64,000 nucleotides of DNA from a virus (taxonomy: Duplodnaviria > Caudoviricetes): positions 1 through 64,000 of IMG/VR virus record IMGVR_UViG_3300013121_000037; one strand, given 5' to 3'. Positions 59,109 to 64,000 of the stretch are shown here, piece by piece. Position numbers and translations under genes: made by a program. Position 1 is the first letter of the stretch; every line of letters begins with the position of its first letter. The notes beneath the pieces are model-generated. The model was not told the origin of the DNA and did no database searches. It saw only the letters and a list, made by a program, of their open reading frames with translations.

Positions 59109-59855
59109 TCAGAATTTACCCGAAGCGTCATCCCCGTGCAACCGACGCTGCTCTACAAAATCGATAATTTCTTTGGGCACGAACATGCCGGGCATGTAGT
59201 TGGTGCCCTGGTAACGAAACGGCAGCAGGACGCGGGTAACACCGTTCTCGGTGCGCAGGCAGCGTGCGGTTGGTTCGCGGCGCTCCAGTTCTGCCAGCAC
59301 TGCCGCTGCCTGCCGGTGACTGTACCCGGTCGCAATGGCCTCGGAGATACCATACTGCAACAGGCGTTTCAGTTGCATATCGCTGACACGCTCCCGCGGC
59401 GAAAAGGTAAACGGTTCATCCGCCTTCAGTTCTACAGGATTTCCGGATAACTCAGCAACGAGTTCCGCCAGGTTGCTGTTCTTTTCCTGTCGGACAGTGT
59501 TGAGCAACTCTTCCGTCAACTCATACGCCCGCTTCTCTGTCAGGTTGGTGGCAGTAACCCCCAATTGTTTCAGCAACTCCATCTGCCACTTCAGTGCTGG
59601 TCGCTGGTCGCTCAGGCCGACTGCAACCGGTTCCGGTTTCTTACCGAAACTGACCACATGCGGCACTGCCACGGTTTTCTCGGGTGCTGGTTTCAGCCAG
59701 GTCGTTGCCAGTACACTGTCCAGCAGTTCGCCGTTGCGGCCATGCCAGAGACAGCGGCAGGTTGGTCCGTCCCGGTGAACTTCGGCCACCGTCATCCGGG
59801 GACCGCCGGACTTCAGTTGTACCACGTCACCCACCGCGAATTTCACTTCAGCCAT
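59109..59855 (-). CDS. YodC/DUF2158 N-terminal domain protein
   Basis: FAVGDVVQLKSGGPRMTV. Confidence 0.65.
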   Translation of the reverse strand: MAEVKFAVGDVVQLKSGGPRMTVAEVHRDGPTCRCLWHGRNGELLDSVLATTWLKPAPEKTVAVPHVVSFGKKPEPVAVGLSDQRPALKWQMELLKQLGVTATNLTEKRAYELTEELLNTVRQEKNSNLAELVAELSGNPVELKADEPFTFSPRERVSDMQLKRLLQYGISEAIATGYSHRQAAAVLAELERREPTARCLRTENGVTRVLLPFRYQGTNYMPGMFVPKEIIDFVEQRRLHGDDASGKF

Positions 59856-60223
59856 CGACTCACCTCGCTTCTGCTGCGCAAAACTCGACTGTCTACTTTT
59901 GCCCACCTTGATCAGGAATGCGATTCACTGCTGCGCAAAATGCAACTGTCTACTTTTGCGCAGTTACTCCAGTTCCCAGCCAGCGGCAACCAGTTCGTCA
60001 TGGGTGATGACTGCCACTTTCAGCAACTGGCAGGTGCAGACAAAGAAACCGCTGGACACAACATAGGTCACCGCCTCGATCCGAAACACCCGGCCAACCC
60101 CTGGAAATGGCACATTATCGAGTTGGCAGGCCAGTCCTGGGAAGGGCGGGAACGGCAAACGGATACGCTGTTCGTAGACGTGTCCCGTGGGCGCCACAAT
60201 TTTGCAGTGAACAGGGAAGCCGC

Positions 60224-60709
60224 TCATGCCGTCACCTTCAGCAACAACCGCGCCAGGCAGACAGCGTGGGGTGCCGTCTTTGCTTCGACAAATTCCACTT
60301 GATTGCTACTGGCGTAATCCCAGATCGTGACAACGTAGTCACCACGTTGGCGCCGCGTCAAAATCACACCGCAATCAGTGCCAAACGACTCCAGCACCTC
60401 TTCCAGGTCGCGGAATTCGGTGCTGTAGTTCGGTAGGTCGCGGATCACTTCGCCTTGCGCGTCACGCTGCCGCGAACCGCAACGCCACCAATCTGCGTAG
60501 CGATTGTCTGGGAACTCGTCGGGCAATTCCGTGAACACCAATGGGTTGAAATTCCAGCGCACGAAATCCGGTGTGTCGGGCGGAAATAACCCAGCCAAAT
60601 TATGATTATTGTTGCGCCACCAGCGCCAGCCAAAGACGTGATAGGCTATCAGGCCGTCGAGTTGCCGTCCGGGTGGCAGAGCGAGAATTTCAGCACGGGT
60701 CATGGTCAC
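60224..60709 (-). CDS. phage ABA-sandwich (BC1872-like) protein
   Basis: GRQLDGLIA.HVFGW...PNYST...TAPHAVCLARL. Confidence 0.65.
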   Translation of the reverse strand: MTMTRAEILALPPGRQLDGLIAYHVFGWRWWRNNNHNLAGLFPPDTPDFVRWNFNPLVFTELPDEFPDNRYADWWRCGSRQRDAQGEVIRDLPNYSTEFRDLEEVLESFGTDCGVILTRRQRGDYVVTIWDYASSNQVEFVEAKTAPHAVCLARLLLKVTA

Positions 60710-60947
60710 TCCTCCTGGCCGCTCAGGGTACGCTGCACCAGATCCAGACGGCGCTGCAAGATAGCCTTGTCACGCTCCAATCTGCCAATGGTATCCAGGT
60801 GCCGGTCGGCACAATGCGACCACGTTCGGGCGTTGTCCAGGTTGCTGTTAGCCGCATGGAGTTCCTTGCGACACAGCACAAAAAACACCAGCGCCAGGCC
60901 AAAGGTGACCAACAGCAACACTTCACAGTATTCCGGAGTCAAAAACA

Positions 60948-61415
60948 TCAGCAGTCCTCCTCGAATGGTCCGTACACCTCGACCATCAGCGCCGCAGCCT
61001 CGTGCAGTCCCAGTTTTTTGGCTTCAGAGACGTAGTGGGGCCAACCATTGCCGTTGCTCACCTCCTCGCTCAATCCGCATAGACTGGGCCGCGACTCCCA
61101 CCCCTTGCACCCTTCTGCTTTCTCGATTCTCTCGATGGCGTCCAGGATGGCCTCGCATTTCATACATCGGACGTAGTCAAATGTCTCACCGAAATCGTGC
61201 TGATCGTTGGGACAGGTGACACCCGTGGTGCCGTCCTCGCTGTTGGCATCCTCGCAGAAGCGGCACAACTCATACTGCTGCTGATGGATGGTGCGCCGCT
61301 GTTCGCTGGCAGCGATGAGACGGTGGCACTCGTTGCAGGTGGTAGCCGTGGCTGATGCCACGATGTTGCTATCGACTACCTCCGCGTACCAGTCATAGTC
61401 GATGTCAAAGCACAT
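60948..61415 (-). CDS. Cys-rich hypothetical protein
   Basis: Multiple CxxC; GGAGG RBS. Confidence 0.55.
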   Translation of the reverse strand: MCFDIDYDWYAEVVDSNIVASATATTCNECHRLIAASEQRRTIHQQQYELCRFCEDANSEDGTTGVTCPNDQHDFGETFDYVRCMKCEAILDAIERIEKAEGCKGWESRPSLCGLSEEVSNGNGWPHYVSEAKKLGLHEAAALMVEVYGPFEEDC

Positions 61416-61511
61416 AGGTTGCCTCCATTAGCACAAGTGGTCTTCCAACCGCGACACATCACGCTGCAAGGCTGCGCATTGTCGCTCCAGTTCCTGCACC
61501 CGCTGTTGGCT

Positions 61512-62495
61512 TCAGTGACGTAGTGGATACCTGCCCTGATACCAGAACTCTTCGGGTTTCACCCGTCCCCACAATCCCCGAATGCTGTAGAACCGCTGCC
61601 AGGCGATCAGCGTTGGTTCATCCCAGTCGTACAGGGTTGGCAATGGCCCACCCAGCCAGTCCAATGGACGCAGGCGTTGCGGCCAGGGGTGGGCACCGTT
61701 GGCGATAATCTCCCGCAAGCGCTGGGCGCAAGACTCTTTCGGCTCATTGCCGATCAGGCAGTACACCCGGACCTTTTCCCCGGTATAGCCATGCTCACGC
61801 AACAAGCGTAGCATGGTCAGCGCTTCGTCGCGTTCGCTCAAATCGTCGTAGCCAAAGCGCCAGTAGCGCAGGGGGAATTGCCGCCAGCGCTCCAGGGTTG
61901 CGCCGTCAAACGTATGCGGTTCAAAACCACTGTTGCAGTCTACCAGTCCACCGCCCCAACTCTCCTGATAGCGGCGAATGATGTGCAGTTGATATTCCGC
62001 TGGTAATGCGGACAGGTTGTTGTCCAGCAACAGCGGCGATGGTTGGGCATCGGGATAGTACCGAAACGCTGTCCACTCCAAACGCGGTACAGGGCAATTG
62101 CCGCAGGCTTTGGTGTACGCTGGACAGCCGCGACTGAAGTAGACCATCGGATATTGACCGGGTTCGCGTTCAAAGCGGTCGTCGATGCCGACAAATGGCT
62201 CTATGCCCGTCTCCCGCCGTACATAATCGGTGTTGGCTGGATGGAACGATACCGCTGGTCCGCCAATCCACACCTCTCCGCTGTAACGGTGCTTGGCGAG
62301 GCGGGCCATCTCCACCAGTGTCGGCAGACGCCAGGAGAACACTGCCGAGAAACAGTAGAGGTCCGCTTGATCAAAGAGCGGATCCAGAGTTGTCTGCTCG
62401 CTCACCTCCCAGCCCTGACGACGTAGCCACCGGGCCAGTTTGAGTGCGCCCAGAGATTCTAGACGACAACCTACTGTGACCACAATGGCTTTCAT
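61512..62495 (-). CDS. radical-SAM protein with B12-binding-like N-domain (Cx6Cx2C variant)
   Basis: WIGGPAVS...FSRGCPAYTKACGNCPVP...LLDNN. Confidence 0.7.
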   Translation of the reverse strand: MKAIVVTVGCRLESLGALKLARWLRRQGWEVSEQTTLDPLFDQADLYCFSAVFSWRLPTLVEMARLAKHRYSGEVWIGGPAVSFHPANTDYVRRETGIEPFVGIDDRFEREPGQYPMVYFSRGCPAYTKACGNCPVPRLEWTAFRYYPDAQPSPLLLDNNLSALPAEYQLHIIRRYQESWGGGLVDCNSGFEPHTFDGATLERWRQFPLRYWRFGYDDLSERDEALTMLRLLREHGYTGEKVRVYCLIGNEPKESCAQRLREIIANGAHPWPQRLRPLDWLGGPLPTLYDWDEPTLIAWQRFYSIRGLWGRVKPEEFWYQGRYPLRH

Positions 62496-62547
62496 GTCAC
62501 CTCCGCGTACCAGTCGTAGTCAGCCGTGAAGCACATGGTTACTCTCC

Positions 62548-63048
62548 CTATGTCGCCTGCCGTAGACGGTGGAACCCGGCGATGCCTTCCTGTTGCGCAG
62601 CCACCTGCCGCTCCAACTCCAGCACCCGTGCCTGGAGTTGGTCCAGCATTTTCTGCTCGCCATCGGAGAGCGTGCGCCAACGCGCCGCCTCGGCGCGGGC
62701 AGCAGCACATTCACGCTCGGCGGCGTGGCAGCGGCGGATGATGGCTGGTGTGGCGGTACGAGCGAGAGCGAGGAACTCACGATCTGCACTCGGCGCAGAG
62801 CATCCGCAGTCATTACAGCCAACGATGGCTAAGGGGCGAAACTCGCCGAATAATCTCTGCTCGAAGTCGTCTTTGACAGGGCGGTGCGTGGTCAAGGTGT
62901 TTCGATTCGAGCCGCCATCTCTGGTCCAATCTTCCCATGTCCACGGCCCAGGCGTGGCAGCCTCACACACGGCCAGGTCTGCCGCCAGGTCGCGGGCCAG
63001 GTCGTCAGGCGTGGGTGGGGGGATGGTGGATGGTGGATGGTCGCTCAT
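62548..63048 (-). CDS. Ead/Ea22-like phage protein
   Basis: AATPGPW...ADREFLALAR...coiled coil. Confidence 0.55.
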   Translation of the reverse strand: MSDHPPSTIPPPTPDDLARDLAADLAVCEAATPGPWTWEDWTRDGGSNRNTLTTHRPVKDDFEQRLFGEFRPLAIVGCNDCGCSAPSADREFLALARTATPAIIRRCHAAERECAAARAEAARWRTLSDGEQKMLDQLQARVLELERQVAAQQEGIAGFHRLRQAT

Positions 63049-63354
63049 GGTTCATCTCCGTGCGCAATGCGGGTCTGCCTGTGCTCCTCGCGACAGTCAG
63101 GACAGTAATTGCCGTCCGCTACACCGTGCTCACAGATACCCGCCTCACTGAGCCAATCCCGATAGGCATTGTGAACCGCCACGGCGCAGACGTGGCAGAG
63201 GACAAATGACGCCACGGTGCCGTTGTGCTGCGGCACCTCGACAACAAGACAATCGCTGTCGCCCAGCACCAGGAGGCAGTCACAGCACTGGCAGCGTGTG
63301 GTGTCCTCGATAATGGCATCTTCCAGAGCGGTAAGTTCAACGAAGTCACTCACT

Positions 63355-63792
63355 TCATTTGTCCTCCACGGTGCCATCTAGCCAGATCACCTTGACCGGC
63401 TTGCCTCGCTTGATGGCATAGTCCATCGTGTAAAACGTGCCGCCATGATTTTGCCAGGTTGCCACGCCCGAACAGCCAATCAGCAACTCAGTGGCGTCCA
63501 CGATGTCGCGATTGCGGGCGAGGTATGGCTTCGCGGGCAACGTCTGGTCAGCGTGTTTGTTGAAGGCGCGGTGGGTTTCATCCACGGGCGGATGGCAGAT
63601 GATGTCCCAGGTGTCGCCATCCTCAGCGTCCTGTCTCAGTTCATGCACCATGTCGGCGGCATCGTCGTCAGCACCAATGCAGTCGCCGTGGTGGAACTCG
63701 GTGAACGTCGGCAGTTCACTGATGATAGCCGTGAAAGCCTGACATTGCTCCGGGGTCATCCCGTTGCGTGTGCCAGTGAAGCCGATTTTCAT
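63355..63792 (-). CDS. SLOG (DprA/YspA-like) Rossmann-fold protein
   Basis: IGFTGTR...HHGDCIGAD...ARNRDIVD...GGTFYT..YA...KPV. Confidence 0.75.
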   Translation of the reverse strand: MKIGFTGTRNGMTPEQCQAFTAIISELPTFTEFHHGDCIGADDDAADMVHELRQDAEDGDTWDIICHPPVDETHRAFNKHADQTLPAKPYLARNRDIVDATELLIGCSGVATWQNHGGTFYTMDYAIKRGKPVKVIWLDGTVEDK

Positions 63793-64000
63793 TTCGCACC
63801 TCCACGATCATAGTTAAGTAGCCTTATAGTATCCACAATCATCGCATTTCTGATGAAAGTCGGAACCGCATTTGTAATCAGAGGAAGTCCATTTTCTTAG
63901 GTTAGGATGAGTGCAAACAGTCTGCAAAGCAGTTATTTGCGCTTTCACCTCAGTAACCTTTCCTTCTAAAACCACCAATTTTGCTATCAATTTTGCATGT

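Larger units (their letters stand above)
1411..59963. repeat. family of 35 dispersed 33-bp palindromic sites (15+3+15)
   Basis: Starts: 1411, 3928, 4679, 5548 (42 bp), 6512, 7824, 9494, 10746, 13437, 17544, 19121, 20863, 23017, 26614, 30957, 31379, 31956, 35531, 37223, 39542, 41554 (42 bp), 42909, 45939, 47458, 50107, 50195, 51121, 53363, 54142, 55885, 57890, 58337, 58913, 59874, 59931; divergent copy 28133-28165. Confidence 0.97.

Noticed and set aside
1411-59963. 33-bp palindromes as a CRISPR array
   Set aside because: Spacing is irregular (24 bp to over 4 kb), whole genes lie between copies, and there are no cas genes.
1411-59963. Palindromes as integron attC sites or classical REP/RAYT elements
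   Set aside because: No RYYYAAC/GTTRRRY ends, too short for attC, no GTAG foot outside the stem, and no IntI or RAYT in the window.

Overview
The window is an internal 64-kb segment of a large tailed phage or prophage (Caudoviricetes-like, with Mu-like head genes). Most genes are on the minus strand. The host is probably a planctomycete (Gemmataceae-like), inferred from three TIGR02996-domain genes and two genes of a Gemmata-type multicopy family. Recognisable genes: terminase, DUF935 portal (fused to an ADP-ribosyltransferase), prohead protease/scaffold, major capsid, head-tail adaptor, tail tube, tail chaperones with a -1 frameshift, DnaN clamp, a probable AEP primase-polymerase, HtrA-like protease, radical-SAM protein, XRE/LexA-like regulators, an Acb2/Tad1-like protein and a solo TnpB element. 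No integrase or recombinase was found. The most striking feature is a family of 35 (+1 divergent) dispersed 33-bp palindromes, STG-NN-CAAAA-N4-A-CWG-T-N4-TTTTG-NN-CAS (15+3+15). They are built from freely mixed half-site variants and sit at gene ends. Four also lie in-frame, in one reading frame, at the module boundaries of a portal-linked effector polyprotein array (ART, GNAT, NUDIX), which suggests an undescribed cassette-shuffling or genome-wide protein-binding system. A conserved bipartite promoter-like motif (GTTAAAT-N16-CGAATAA) precedes small-gene islands. All family calls come from motif recognition by eye; no database search was run.
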